Source of the DNA: Felis catus
Taxonomy: Eukaryota
Assembly (NCBI RefSeq): GCF_018350175.1
Contig: NC_058368.1
Span: 32,676,001 to 32,740,000 of the forward strand
Direction of reading: 5' to 3'
Length of the DNA stretch: 64,000 bases
The position numbers and the translations under genes are program-made. This document shows, piece by piece, positions 37,750 through 52,045 of the stretch. The notes beneath the pieces were generated by a model that saw only the letters and a list, made by a program, of their open reading frames with translations, made no database searches and had not been told where the DNA came from. Every line of letters begins with the position of its first letter. Within the stretch, counting starts at the first letter, position 1.

Positions 37750-40700
37750 TAAAGCCAATAAATTTTAGAGCAAGGTAGGAAATGTATATTGCTGTCTCTT
37801 ACAGATAAAAGGCAGCTAGTTATGCTCTTCTCCATTTTGGACAAGAGATAAAAGTGTTTTTATCCTAATAAGTGTATACTGATTGCCAGGGACTGTTTGA
37901 TTTGTTCAAGCGATAAGTTCCTATCAGGAACAATAGCTGTAATTACATTTGCAGGTGATTAATTGTAAGACAATCCACTGCCATTCTCAAATATAATCTA
38001 TCCCTGTACTAGAAAGTACAAATGTGGATGTGATAAGAATCAATATTCTTGAACCCTACAATCCTTCAATATGACACTAATTCTTCTATTCCCCTTGAAG
38101 TTATAATATTGGTATTAAGTTGCTATTCACAATTTTGTTAGTGGGAGTTCCAAATCTTTCCACTTGACTCTTCTACCATCATAACTATTATGTCTATATG
38201 AAGCAAACATTGTGGGTGTTCTTCCAGTGGGTAAAAGTATTTATTATAGTAATACATATTGGGGATAGGAATAAATATAGTATGGGTGATAGCTGTGAGT
38301 TAAACTACCATGACGTGGATTTAGAACAAAATGAAGTTTATCTTCTGATTCCATTACGCCTGCTCTTACCTATGGATCACAGAATTATTCTTAAATCTTT
38401 AGGAATTAGTATTATCTCAGAATCAGTGTCCAATAACACCTCAAGGATCTGAATATTGCACCTAGTGTAAACAAGAGGTCTGAAAGAGTTGAGAGAATAG
38501 CAGCATTACTTGTGGATGGCCAGAGAATTTCCATTTTTCTATTGCTCTTTGTGTTGGGAGGTGGGAGAAAAGTCCCACCTGTGGATGATTTTTGTGCCCA
38601 TGTGACTCTGTGGTTTAGAATGAAGTGATCAGAATATCGTCTAAAAAATTATCCACATAGTATACCAAGTAAATATATCTATTTCAGATTAATAAGGTCT
38701 AAACTGAAGTAATTAACTTTATAACTTGTAATGAATAAGTATGTTTTCAGAAATGTAGTATAAAAATACAGATCTTGGCTAGAAGATGTGTTATCTATCG
38801 ATGCAAAATCTAAATTTAAAAGTCTCTCTAGTCTACACACCTAATATCAGTGAATATAATCTCTCAAAAAAGCAAATGAATGACATAAGAGTATTTTAAT
38901 TTTATTTCAAAATAATCAAGTGAAGTTGTTTTAGTAGCTACAAAATTCAGAAGCAATCTTGATAAATCTAGAAGAGACTAAACTTTGTTATTTAGATGGC
39001 TCAGGAGAGTTTATGCAAAGGTATTTTGGCTCACTGAATATATTTTACACTTACTCGCACTATTATTTTAAAGAATTTTACTACTCATACATTTTCTCTA
39101 CTAGAACACTAGTGTAAATACATTGAGGACTCTATGAAGTAATTGCATACTCTAGGGGTTTAATTAACAACAAAGAAAATGTATATTAATGACACAGGCT
39201 GTTTTCAATTAATAACTTATCTAAATTAATTATTACTATTATGGTTAATATTAAATGTATATTGTTCAAAACATGACTAGACTTTCAAAATTAATAGGAA
39301 GAAAGTATTGTGTTCTACTTTATTTTATGTATTTAATCTTAAAAGCTGAAAATAAAATTTATGAATTACAATATTTGAAGCTAAATTTTATTAACATTAA
39401 CAGTAAATATTTCATTTAATTATTTTTTTGTTTTCCCTTATTTATAGTCTGGCATATTATATTTGTTAAATAGCTATATTGTCAAAGAGGCTTTTCTAAT
39501 GTTAAACACCCAATGACGTTTTGTCTTCTGAAATGTATAGTCAGTGATTGGCTTAAGGGAAGAGTTACACATTTCTTCTGTTTGCTTTTTTCTTTTTTTT
39601 TTTTAAGAGTTATACTTTTCTGAAGGAAAACAGGGTGTTAGTGCCCCACGATTTCTCAGGTTATTAAATAGGAATGTTAGTAAACATAAAAGGACTACTG
39701 AGAATGTTTTCTTTCTCTGGATCCTTTAATTAACAAATATTTAATGCATGTCCCTACTTTACCAGTCTTTGTGGTAGGTACTGGGTATGAATACTGTATA
39801 AAATAGACAACAGCTCCCACTTTCATGCAGGTCATATCAACACCACTTTTTTGACTCTCTTCATTAAACCCTGTTTATTCTTTGACTACCTTTTTGAATC
39901 ATGTTTTTTTTTCCCTCCACACCATTCAGTTAAAATTGATCTTACTGTATTTGCTAATGACACTCTACCTAGTATATGTGTGAAATATGTTTATGTCCTC
40001 ATAGTATTCGATGGCTATGAATTTGACATTGTGGAAATGCTCTTCTGTTTTCTGAGAATTTTTAAAAATACTATTTCTTTTATTCTTAAACAATACTCTA
40101 TTATCTGTGTGTTTTTTTCTTTGCTTCTCTTCCTCCGCTTGCCTCTTAGATGATTATGTTGTATTTCAAGACTTTCCTCAATGCTTTACTCTTTCCCTGT
40201 GTATATGTACACCCTCTTTTTGCCTTAAAACCTATAAAAGAGGAGAAAATTCAGAAGATTCAGGAAAGCACACAACCAAAACTCACACAATTTTGATGTC
40301 CAGTGATGGACCTTTCATGGACTTAAAGCCAATAAAAAGGCAGTTTTTCCTGCTGAATTGCTTTCTAGTCCTCAAAGGAACTGATTTCAACGTGCAGTTG
40401 CAGTTCAGGAGAGGATCAGAACAAAGGCAATCTATGAATATTTCCCCCGGGTGTTCCTAGAACCCAGTGAAAGGATTTATTCTGGGAAATAAGCATGTAT
40501 GCATGTGAACAGAAGTAACCACATACAGTACAGGCTGAGGAAAATTTTGTGACTGTAAAATTAGGTGAAGAAACAAAATATTTTACAATGGAAGTGGTGG
40601 AAATTGAGGTGAAATGCTTTAGTAGACTATTTGCTTACAAAATTCTTCGTGGCTCAGAAGTTTTTTACACAGCTAATTTTATGTATGTTTCTCATTTGAA

Positions 40701-40879
40701 TTTGTGAGAATTATGTACTTTACCTATTACTTAGGATATTCTGAGAATTTTTTTAAAATATTATTTTTTTATTCTTCAACAATTCTTAAACAATTGGGAA
40801 GAAGGATCTGCCATTTTCTGAATCCTTAAAAGAATTGTCAACTTTTGCTTTCCTACTTTTTCTCCTCTCATTCTCTACA

Positions 40880-42380
40880 ATACCACTGAACTGCCTTGTG
40901 CCCATGTCACTCCATGTTCGCTGCTCTTGTCAAAGTCTGAACTGACGTCTGCCTGCTAAGTTCAATGTTCTGTTCTTGGTTCTCATCTCACTTGCCTTCT
41001 CAACATTATTTAGTATTTTATCGCTCTCTCTTTGAAACACTTTCATTGCCACACTCCCAGGAATCAAACTATCGTGTTTGTCTTTGTTTTTCACTAACTG
41101 CACTTTTTCAGCTAGCTGCACTAGCTGCGCTTTTTTTTTCTCACCTTCCTGTTTCTTTGATTCCTTAATGTAGGAGGGGTCCTTGGACTTTTCCATCCAA
41201 ACTCACTTGCATGGCAAATTTATTTGATTCCGAATAAGTATGTTAGGCCCATAATTCTCCTTTGAAATTCAGACTCATTTACCCAAATGTGTCTTCAGTT
41301 TGTTCACTTCAAAATTGGATTACCCAATCTAAATTTGCAACCAGTGCCGTCAACCTATTCCACCATCCATCTTCTTTAACTTAGATGTGGTTAAACATCT
41401 TAAATTACCTGTAGTCATCTCTTTTGATCACACTGCATCCTATGTGTCAAAATATCTGGCTTCTTCTTCCTTCAAAATACAACGGAGTGGATCTTCCACT
41501 TCTAACACTGGTTCCATCCTGGTAAAGCTGCTGTTATCTTTGACCAAGATAGTTGTGATAACCTGCTATATGGCCTTCCTGCTTAAACCCTTTTTCTTAC
41601 AGTAAATTCTTGGCACACTTGTAGGAGTTTTCTTTTGTAAATATACATCAGTCTGTCACTCATGGTTTTCCATTTTATTCAGATAAAATCAAAGTCTATA
41701 CAATAATCTATAAAGCCTATATATATAGGGATTCTTTATGTCTGCGACAGAATTTTATCCTACTCTGTCCCTTGATGATTTATTTCTATTCATCCTGGCC
41801 TTTTTTAGTTTTCCAGTGTCCTCCTTTCAAATGTTCCTCTTGGCTCCTGACCTTTGTACTGGCTGTTGGCTTTTTTTCAAATATCCATGACTTATTGCTT
41901 CATTTCCTTTAATTTTTGCTAACATTTCACTGGTCATTGAGGCCTTGTCTGACTGCTTTTTTTTTTTTTTAAAGTTTATTTGTTTATTTTGAGAGAGACA
42001 GAAATAGCATGAGTGGGAATGGGGCAAAGAGAGGGAGAGAGAGAATCCCAAGTAGTCTCTGTGCTGCCAGCACAGAACCAAGAGTGGGAGGCTTAGTCAA
42101 CTGAGCCACCCACGTGCCCCTAATCTGACTACTCTTAAAATAGTATAATCCACTTAGTATAATCCACTCTTCTTATTCTGTTTTATGTTTTTCCATGCCA
42201 TACATAATCTTTTAAATATACTACCTAGCTTACCTGATTATTTTTTGTCTTTGCTAACATATGTCTTCTCTAACATGTAAGATCTATGATGTTAAACATT
42301 TTAATCTGTTTGTTTCCTGCTGAATCTTCACCATCTAGCATAATTCTTACTGCATAATTGTTGAATAATTGAATTGACTG
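40880..42380 (+). mobile_element. L2 remnant (SINE inserted)
   Basis: L2-like segments and 3' end tgctgaatcttcaccatctagc...ttgttgaataattgaat. Confidence 0.7.
41958..42120 (-). mobile_element. CAN-SINE with internal deletion
   Basis: Poly-T tail and SINE ends; flanked by tctgact(g/a)ct. Confidence 0.9.
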
Positions 42381-42541
42381 GAGGTCCTGAGATTACAGAA
42401 AACTCTGTATGTTATAAAGAACATTGAAGGGATGCCAGCTTTGTCTTGTTCTTGGCCACATCATTTGTGCCTAGCAGCACCAAGAACATAAGAGACCCCT
42501 AGTAAATATATGTTGATTTAATAAATGTCCTCTATAACAAG

Positions 42542-42848
42542 TGCTATAGATTAAATGTTAGTATCCCCCAAATTCATATGTTGAAATCCCAAGCCCTGAG
42601 GAGGTGAGGCCTTGGGGAGGGTGGGGATTATGATGTTTGTACCATCATGAATCGGATTAATGTCCTTATAAAAGAGGCCTGAGAAAATCCCCTTGCTCTT
42701 CACGATGTTAGCTTCAATAGCCATCAGAGAGGATGGAGGCCCTCACCGGATATCAAATCTTCTTGTGCCGTAACCTTGGATTAATAAATCTTTTATTTAT
42801 TAAGCTACCCAGTTTATGGTATTTTTTCTATTGAGTAGACTAAGGAAA
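42542..42848 (+). mobile_element. MLT1A/MST-like MaLR LTR
   Basis: tgctatagattaaatg...cccaaattcatatgttgaaatccc...aataaat...aagctacccagtttatggtatt. Confidence 0.8.
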
Positions 42849-43769
42849 CCATTTTATTTAGCAAATACATTGAATATATATTATATATACATCTATATTT
42901 TGGTGCTATAAATATTTTGCCCAAATATTTGTATTTGATTTTTACCTAATTAAAAGTATATACATACTTATCTTTGAAATAAAAATATATTCCCCTATGT
43001 TTTAGAGATTTGAAATAGATATAACATTTTATACATGTGTGACATATATAGTTCTGTGTGTGTGTGTGTGCACGCATGTATGTGAGTGTGTTGTATACAT
43101 ATATATGTTATAGTTTGATAAGTTGTATCATCTTAAAATTAGCCAGGAAGGAAAATATTGTGTAAATGTTAATTGGCAGTTTACATATATAAACATATAA
43201 AGATAGTGTAATTTTAATATGATTAATCTCACATATTTATGACCACTATAGATTCGATCACAAAGAATCCACTTAAAGCAAGATAAAACATGAAAAAAAG
43301 TGTATCATTATTGAAAATAACAAGAGTCTATATGATTATAAATAGTAGTCATTTTTGCTTGTGTATCAACTAAAGTTTCCAAACAAGTAATCAAACTCTA
43401 TAATTAAATTATGCAATAAAAGGATGGAAATGGAGTTCATTTAACAAGATTCTTCTTTTCTGGTACATTTGCTCCTTTCTCTTTGGCTTGTCCCTTGATA
43501 TTGTGTCCTGTTTTATGAATGTCACATTAGCTGATAAAGAATCAACTGAGATCTGAAGACAGTGGGAAACACCTGTCACATTGTTGAATTACTCTAAATA
43601 TTTCCTGTTAATGAGTAATGCATTTCAAAATTATATCCATATTTTTTTCTTGGTCTATATGAATATCACATAAAATAACAGTCTGATACTTTAGTTTTGG
43701 TTCCTTTTTTAATTTGAATATTTAAAAATGAGACATTACACTCCTTTGTTAATGACACAGTTATTCAAC

Positions 43770-44400
43770 TAGTTCATTGATTCATTTGTTCTTGAAACGT
43801 ATACTGAACATTTAGGAGCTGTATACATTAGCAAATCATATTTGGAGCTTACCTATTTTAGAGAAGCTTATAATCTAAAAGCAGAGGCATATATGTATAC
43901 AACTAATTATAGAATACAGACAGAAGTGAGTTCAAAGGTGAAGGAATATAAAAACAGATGATAGGAATGAAGAGGAAGTAAAGATTATATTGTAACAGAA
44001 GATATCAACTAATCTAAAGACAAATATTTATTTGCCCAAGCAAGAGAAGTCAGGAGTTTTAATCAAAGCATTTAATAAGCATTAGTGGTAGGTGTTTGCC
44101 TAAAGAGATTCCATTTTTCATGCTGGCATCTGGACTTGCTCTGAAGAAATTGGAGAAAGGAGGGGATGTCTACAGAGGGTCTTGCCTATCTGGCTGTCAA
44201 CTGCCCAAGCCCTGAGGGGAGGGTACTTGGAAATGAAGTTGATCCTCTTGTGTCTCCCTAGATAGCCTAAAGTTGGGAATTTTAAAGGAATGATTGCTTT
44301 GACACTGAACATTTTGAATGAATGAAGTCTGAAGTAGTAGGTCAGAGTCTTGTGGTTCTTCAATGGGACAAATGATAATCCTTTCATTATGGACATGGGG
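43770..44400 (-). mobile_element. L2 remnant
   Basis: ttcattgattcattt start, then purine-rich L2-like sequence. Confidence 0.5.
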
Positions 44401-46689
44401 AAAAATGGGGTATTGTCAAGGAGAGGATAGGAGAGTGAATGACAGAAGAGGCACTCATATATTTAAGACAGTGTCCATTAGTCAATGAGTAAAGAGTATT
44501 TCAAGTTTTAACAATAAAACACAGGTTTTCTTGCCATTGCCTAAATATCACCATTTTGAGGAAGAGTTTCATATCATAAGAGCAAGAGTGTCATTGAAGC
44601 CAACTTTCGAATACTTTTATTTAAAAGGTATTGAATATGGATGGGATCTATCAGGGAATAGAATATATTTATGAAAATTCCTTTGTAATGTCTGCTAAAA
44701 TTTTCACCGCAAAACTTTTTTTTTTAATTTATTTATACAAAATACTCAAACATGTAATTCTAATTCTAACAGGAATCTTTCATCCCACGCATAGACACAC
44801 ACAAACAAATAAAGAATACAAAGAATTGCTATTTTGGTCAATAAAGCCCATATTTGAGTAACAGATGAAACTATATTGCTTTTTTACTATGTTGACATTT
44901 GGCTTTCTTCTTTTACCTAAAATTCAGAAATGCTTAATTTCAGATAAACTTAGCATGTTTACAAATTACTCAGCAGTTGACCTCCATCATAGATATTTTA
45001 TGGATATATAACTATAATATCAATATATTCTGAGAATAATAAACATTAAATAAATAACCTTAGTATATTCATTATGAAATATACATTTTAGAAATAAATA
45101 CATTATTTTATTCACAGATATCTTATGCACAAATGAATACCAGAGATATATCAATGGTGATGATTTTTAATGTTTCCTCAGTTAACATTATTAGCTAGTG
45201 TTGATAGGAATGTATCTTCTAGAATAGCATATTTTATTACCAAAATCTATCTTTTTAAATAATAAGTAGAATTTTTCAACAAATTCTGTCTTCCTTTAAA
45301 TTAATCTTTCCTTTCCCAATAGGTTAATTTTCTGTACTTTGTATCTTTAAAGGAGAGAGTTTGTAACTTCCCAATATAATTTATTTCAGAAATATGTAAT
45401 AGATTATAATAAGTGCAGTAGAAAACATACTGTAGTGTAAAAGATTGTGAAATTCTTTTCTAAAATTTAGAGATGTGAATGATCATTGATGAATCAATCA
45501 TGCACATTGTGTTTATACAGTTTATATATATATTATAGGCAATAACTAACCTTATTCTTTGTGTAATTAAATTTTATTTATGAAGAGTAAAAATATTGTG
45601 ACAGTGCTTTCAATAAACATAGTCATTTATGTATGTGAGTACAAACAAGGTAAGTAGTAATTTTCCTTTACTGTCATTGCAAACAACGTAAGGCCTAGTT
45701 TAAGACAGCTATACACTGTAGAGTCACACTTTATTGGAAATATTGACTAAGGTATCAATAGTTATGTCTTTTCCACTTATTTCAGATCAGGTCTTCAATG
45801 TAATTTTTCTTTCCTGTCAGTATGGTGAGAGTAATAACAGAAGTCTGTTGTTTATATGATATATATGCAGTGCATATGTATGAAGTCCCAGAAAGTGTTC
45901 TTCAAATTATTGCTTCTGTAGCCCATTTGGGAGATTGTTATAGTGCCAGTTTCTAGATACAATACCATGAGATTTCTGATCCTGTAGGTCTAGTGAAGTC
46001 TAAGGAACACACTACATTTTAAGACACACTGGTTTCATGGTGTATTAAAAAGCAAACACCCACAAAAGGAAAAAACACATAAATTAAGAGTAAATCTTAG
46101 TTTTTCTTTTACTTAAAATCATTTAAACAGAATTATATTCAATGAAGGACATTATACATAAAAATAAAAGAATTTTATCCTTTCATTCTCTTGAGGGAAA
46201 AATTTCACTGGAATTTTTCAGTTCAGTGAACAAATATGTCTTAAATACTTTCTATGTAACAAACACTGAAAATATACAGTTATGTCAGTATAGTCAACTG
46301 GAAATAAAAGTGTGAATTTATTTTTTGCGTATGAATTTCTGTATAAATTAATTTCAGTCTTTTCTGTAACAATGTGGAATATGAAAACAAAAGAAAAATA
46401 GTCTTTTTTCCTTTGTCTTTTAAAATGTTAGTGTTTTAATATATTGTCAGTCAGTAATGGAAGGAAGAAAAAAATGCATGATTAAGCCCACCTGATGAAC
46501 TAACAAAACTCTAAAAAGAAGACTGTGCCTGAATACAGATACTGCTTATACCTTTAAAAATATTTGCCTATGAAAAATTTAAACATTTTAAAGCTGTGAA
46601 AACTAATATTAGGCAGCCATAGATTCACTGTTCATATTTTAACAAAAGTTAACTTTTTTGCCAAAGTCAAAGAAAAAATGTGAGTTAAC

Positions 46690-46960
46690 TGGGAAGATAG
46701 GAAAGGTAACACACCTAATGATATAACCCTGAAGATTCACTGGGTTATGTCATCCTCTCACCTTGAGTGAAGATGAAAACTGACTTGTTTACAATCAAGG
46801 GAGATAGGACGTCACTCCTATGAGTACATCACATTGTGTAAGACTCCATTATAGTAGACTATAAAGAGAGGCTCTACTATTGGCCTTGAAGAAGCAAGCA
46901 TCTAAACTCACTCTGGGGATGGGGTAAGAAATTAACTTGGAAGCCCTCCTTTCAAGAGCC
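46690..46960 (+). mobile_element. Old MLT1-like LTR fragment
   Basis: ttggccttgaagaagcaagc motif typical of MLT1. Confidence 0.5.
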
Positions 46961-47773
46961 TTGTAGTTTTCTAATAATCAAAAATATATTCACATATTTA
47001 GTGTAATAATATAAATATGAATACCAGTGCATGCTTCTTACATAATCGTTTATCGTAACTGAAAGTACCTTTATTGTGAATCTGTGGATGTGCATTAAAA
47101 CAAGGTTGAAGAAGAAACTAACACAATGTCAATAGGAATAACCAAATGAGCATGCAATTTTATAGGTCTCAAAGCACATGATGTTTCTTCTGTTCAGAAT
47201 ATTTTCCCTCTTGATCCTGAATAGCTACTTTACTTGTGTTCAGTTTTACAAATCACAGAGCTCTTTATCATTCAAGATTTCCATAACTCTACTCTTCTGC
47301 AGTAACTGTGGCTCCTACTCTTTCATATTTTCTTATCATGATGCACTTTTACCAGTATCTGAGATTATTGATAGATTGTTCTGAAGAATTTCCATAAGAA
47401 CTTAAGCTCCCGTAAGAATAAAGACTACATTTTTCATCACTGCTATCCTAGCAGTAACATCTCAGACATGGTAGTCATTTAAGGAATACTTGTTGAATGA
47501 ATAGAAACCACAAACACACTGCTAAATTTCGCTTGATGCCTGCTACAGCTGTAAGTGGTAATGATAGGAAAAACGCCTAAGAATATCCCCAAAGCAAAAT
47601 ATAATTGAAACAATTTAAGGAAAAAAGTCTACTAGAGTTAGGATGTAATTCTGGCATGAAAATGATGAAATCTGCGGTTTTTCGACAGACTTACTAAACA
47701 TGAACGAAAATATAAAATGCCCTCTAAAACCTTTAACTTCATAATTTAGAATGCTTTCTAGACCATTTTGGAT

Positions 47774-47778
47774 TTTTC

Positions 47779-47812
<34 letters not shown>

Positions 47813-47986
47813 GAGACAGGGAGAAAGATTGGGAGGGACAGCGGGGTACAGAGGGAGAGAGAGAAAGATAATCTTAAGTGCTGGACGTAGGGTCTGATGT
47901 GTGGCTTGATCTCACAACCTTGAGATCCTGACCTGAGTTGAAATCAAGAGTTGGACACTTAACCAACTGACCTACCCAGGTGCCCC
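47774..47986 (-). mobile_element. CAN-SINE
   Basis: SINE body with (TTTTC)n and poly-T tail; tagacc flanks. Confidence 0.92.
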
Positions 47987-48599
47987 TAGACCTTTTTAAA
48001 ATTCATTCTTTCTCATTTTTAAAATTCATTCTTTCTCATTTCCTATTTTCTGAATGGAATTAAATATGTATGTATATATGTATTATTGTGTATGTATATA
48101 TATGTGTATATATATGTATATATATGTGTATATATATATATATATGTACATTTAGGATAAATAATGGCTACTTATATAGCTTGTATTGGAGGAAAATACC
48201 AATGTACTCATCACATTTACTGCCTTAAAACAAATATAATGCTAATTAGATTATATAAGGATAGTTTCAGTTTTTGTCTTTAATAATGTAAACTGATTTG
48301 TTAACTTCAACTCAGTCATATGTATGTTTAAATATAAATGATCTATTTGCATTGTGATGTTTTAGTTCTACACTTTTAAAAACAAACATTTGTGTTTTTA
48401 ATAAAATCAAGATGAAAAGACTTGATGCATTATTTTATGTTTGTGAAGAAAATGAAGCAACATGCTATGTGAGGGTCACTCATAATTATATAACGCATGT
48501 GAAATATACTGCTATGAATCCCAGAATGATGAAAAGAATAGATTGATGACAACAAAAGCATTATTCCACTTAATGTTTGTTTAAACTACAAAAGCAGAT

Positions 48600-50245
48600 T
48601 TCAGTTTTATTGAAAAATAATTGATATACTTTACTGTATAAGTTTAAGAAGTTGAGTTTGATGGTTTGATTTGTACATATTGTGAAATAATTACCCAAAT
48701 AGATTCAGCTAACATCCATCATCTCCTATAGATATACTGATAAAAAATAAATGAAAAAAATTCTCCTTGAGATGAGAACTGTTAGGATTTACTCTGTTAA
48801 CTTTTCTGTATATCATACAATGGTGTTAACTATAGTCATCATGTTGTACATTACATATCTAATACTTTATCTTATAACTGAAAGTTTGTACCTTTTGAGC
48901 ATCTTCCTGCACTCTTCACTTCCCCCACTCTTTGTCTCTGATAAACACAAGTCTGATCTTTTGTGTTTTTTAAATTTAAATTTTTAAAGATCTCCACATA
49001 TAAGGGAGATCATACAGTACTTGTCTTTTTCTGACTTATTTCACTTAGCATAGTGTATTCAAAGTCCATCCATGTCGCAAACAGTAGGCTTTCCTCATTT
49101 TTTATGGCTGAATAATCTTCTATTGTGTATTTGTAACACAACTTTTTAAGTCCATTCATCCATCAGTGGACACTGAGGTTGTTTCCATGTCTTGGGAATT
49201 GTAAAAAATGGTACTGTGAACATGGGTGTTCACATATCTTTTTGTAGTTAGTGTTTGCATTTCCTTTGGATGTATACCCAGAAGTGGAATTACTGGATCA
49301 TATGGTAGTTATATTTTTAATTTTTTAGGATTCTTCATACTGTTTTCCATAGTGCCTGTACCAATTTATAATCCCACCAACACTGCACAAGGGTTTCCTT
49401 TTATTCACATCCATGCCAGCATTTGTCTTTTTGATGATGGCCATTCCAGCAGGATTGGGGTGGGTGACATCTTACTGTGATTTTAATTTGTGTTTCCCTA
49501 ATGACTAGTGATATTGAGCATCTTTTCATGTACCTGTTGTCCTTTTGTATCTCTTTGTTTGAAAAATGTCTATTAAGATTTTTTGCCCATATTTTAAATT
49601 GAGATTTTTTGTTTTGCTATTGAGTTGTATGGGTCCTTTATATATTTTGGCTTTTAACCTCTTATCAGATATATGGTTTGCAAATATTTTTCCAATTCCA
49701 TTGGTTTTATTTTTCCTGTGTTCATGGTTTCTTTCGCTGTTCAGAAGCTTTTTACTCTGATGTAGTCCCACTTGTTTATGCTTTTGTTCTCTGTACTTTA
49801 AGGTGTCATATCTTAAAAGTCATTACCAATATCCATATTGAGCTTTATTCCTATGTTTTCTTATAGGGGTTTCAGGGTTTCAGGTCTTATTTTCAGTCTT
49901 TAATCCATTTCAAGTTAATTTTTGTGAGTTGAGTAAGATAGTGTTTCTGATTCATTCTTTTACATGTGAACATCCAACTATCTTAGCACCGTTTATTGAA
50001 AAGACTCTTTTCTGCATTGGGTATTCTTGGCCCCTTGTCAAATATTAGTTGGCCATATATACTTCTGCTTATTTCTGGGCTCTTGATTATATTACATTGA
50101 TCTATTTGTTTTTATACAAGTAATTTTTCTGTTACTATAGCTTTATATTATACCTTGAAATCAAGGAGTGTGGTGCCTCCTTCTTAGTCTTTTCTCATGA
50201 TTTCTTTGACTATTTGGGTTTTTTTGGTGATTCCCTATACATTTT
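48600..50245 (-). mobile_element. 5'-truncated L1 (3'UTR and ORF2 3' part)
   Basis: ORF2 remnant KIFANHISDKRL (ORF 49526-49771); L1MA-like 3' end. Confidence 0.92.
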
Positions 50246-51129
50246 TTCTACTTCATTTTTGAGATGATAACCTAACATTTAAATATTTTAAATAATCATC
50301 CACTAGGTGGTGAGGAAATTAGAGTTTGTGATGCGCTTCCAAGAATTTCATTCGGTCGGGGGAGATAGTCTTTCCCATTTCTGGTGCCATGGGCATAAAG
50401 GCACACTCTTTTTTAGTAATTTCATTACTCCTGACTATATTTAAGATACAAATAAATTTATGCTCATAAACCTTACTTTCAAATAACATGTATCAGGACA
50501 CTTTGATTTTTTTTTTCTGTCAAATAATATTGCAATTCATCATTTAACCTAAAGTATTTTCTTCTAATTTTATTTTAGAGGAAGTTTTTCTATTTATGCA
50601 ATAACTAATAAAGAAAAGTTCTACAGTCTATTAATTTAACCCAAGGAACAGTAACATGGAATGAATCAAATACTCATTGAAGGTGACTGGGATGGAGTTT
50701 AAGGAAATAATAAATGTATATTTTTATGTATACCTCTGTTCCTTCCCCTGGTGTCATCTACACAGTAGAACCATAAATTACAATCCATTCACTGCTTCAT
50801 TTTATGAGTAAAAAGGTGTGAGGATGTTCATTCAGTTGGGAAATCAAATTGACTTCATAACTCCATAGTGAAATCATGGGAAATGCTACATAGTTGCTGT
50901 TTTGAAAATATATTTAAATTTATGTATGCATTTTCAGAAATATTCATCTCATCTCTACACATTTAATAAAAGCAATTTATTCCAATATAAATCATTTTGC
51001 TGTCATTGTAATATCCTCAGGAAATAGTTCAAATTTAGTTGATGTTCTAATATGGGAAACTGAGGCATCATGAGATTAACACATGAGTTCAGTTTTGCTT
51101 CTGACTTTTTTTTTCTACTGTATAGGAAA

Positions 51130-51560
51130 AGAGAACATAGTTTTCTGTCATCCCACCTATTCTGTCCTATTCAGGAACATTTCTGTCTACACCTGTTGAC
51201 AAACCCCGGGTCATTCACATACATAATTTCACATGTTTAGTTTGTAGGAGATAAAATCACCCACATATAGCTTAGGCAGTAATAACATATTTGAAAATAA
51301 ACTCTTGATTCTTTTCTTTACAATCTATGCTGCATAGTGTTTTCCATGTTTGTCAATAGAAGCTCTATCCTCCCAGTGTTTTCAGAAAAAAATATTTTGA
51401 AATATATACATGTTCAACTCATTCTTGACTCCTCTCTTACTTCATATTGTGTTAGTCAGGAATTATTGTTGATGGTACTTTCAAGATATATCCAGGATCT
51501 GACCTCTTCCTGTCACTTCACCCATCACATATATTCATCCCTGCGACCCTGTTAGCATCC
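51130..51560 (+). mobile_element. L2 remnant
   Basis: attcttgactcctctctt...atatatccaggatctgacc typical of L2. Confidence 0.55.
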
Positions 51561-52045
51561 TAAAGATATTTAGCTGAACAAAATCTCACAGTCTATTAGG
51601 AAGTAGTGAGGCTTAAAAATAAGACGTCCGGACAGGGCAGTATAGGAAAACAAAGTATAATTTCTAAGATTACAAAGGGCAGAAATAAAAATAAAGGACA
51701 GAAAATAAAGGGCAGACTCAGCATAAAGTTTATTTTTGATTCTTATACTTTAAGTAAGATGATAGATTAAACTCAAAAAGTGTTCTTTTCATATTTGTAT
51801 AAGCACCTGACTGATTTGCATCAATATGTGCTCAGTGCATATTCACAGATAAATTTTAGCTCAGTTTCTTGGTAAATATCTATTGAATATTTCAAAACAT
51901 GCACTAATATTGACACTAAGGTGTTTTCACATAATGCCTATTCTGATGATCACAACAGCCTTGCAAATTTCTATTGCTATTCATTCCTCATTGCCCATGA
52001 AGATGCTGTCTTTTCTGTATGTTCACGTAATCCTAATCCTCTGTG

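Larger units (their letters stand above)
33690..38500 (-). mobile_element. ERV-L-type internal region (pro, RT, integrase, dUTPase remnants), interrupted
   Basis: Protease LLDTDSEIILIP (~38400-38440), RT LRMAVD...AIVPD...LEQI (~37900-37990), integrase WQLDYTELFPSGK (~35755-35793), dUTPase GVTVLIGMTDLDHPGEIRL (~34585-34645). Confidence 0.8.

Noticed and set aside
39851..40460. 100-aa and 117-aa plus-strand ORFs
   Set aside because: Non-ATG starts, low-complexity F/L-rich composition, no domain or convincing splice pair
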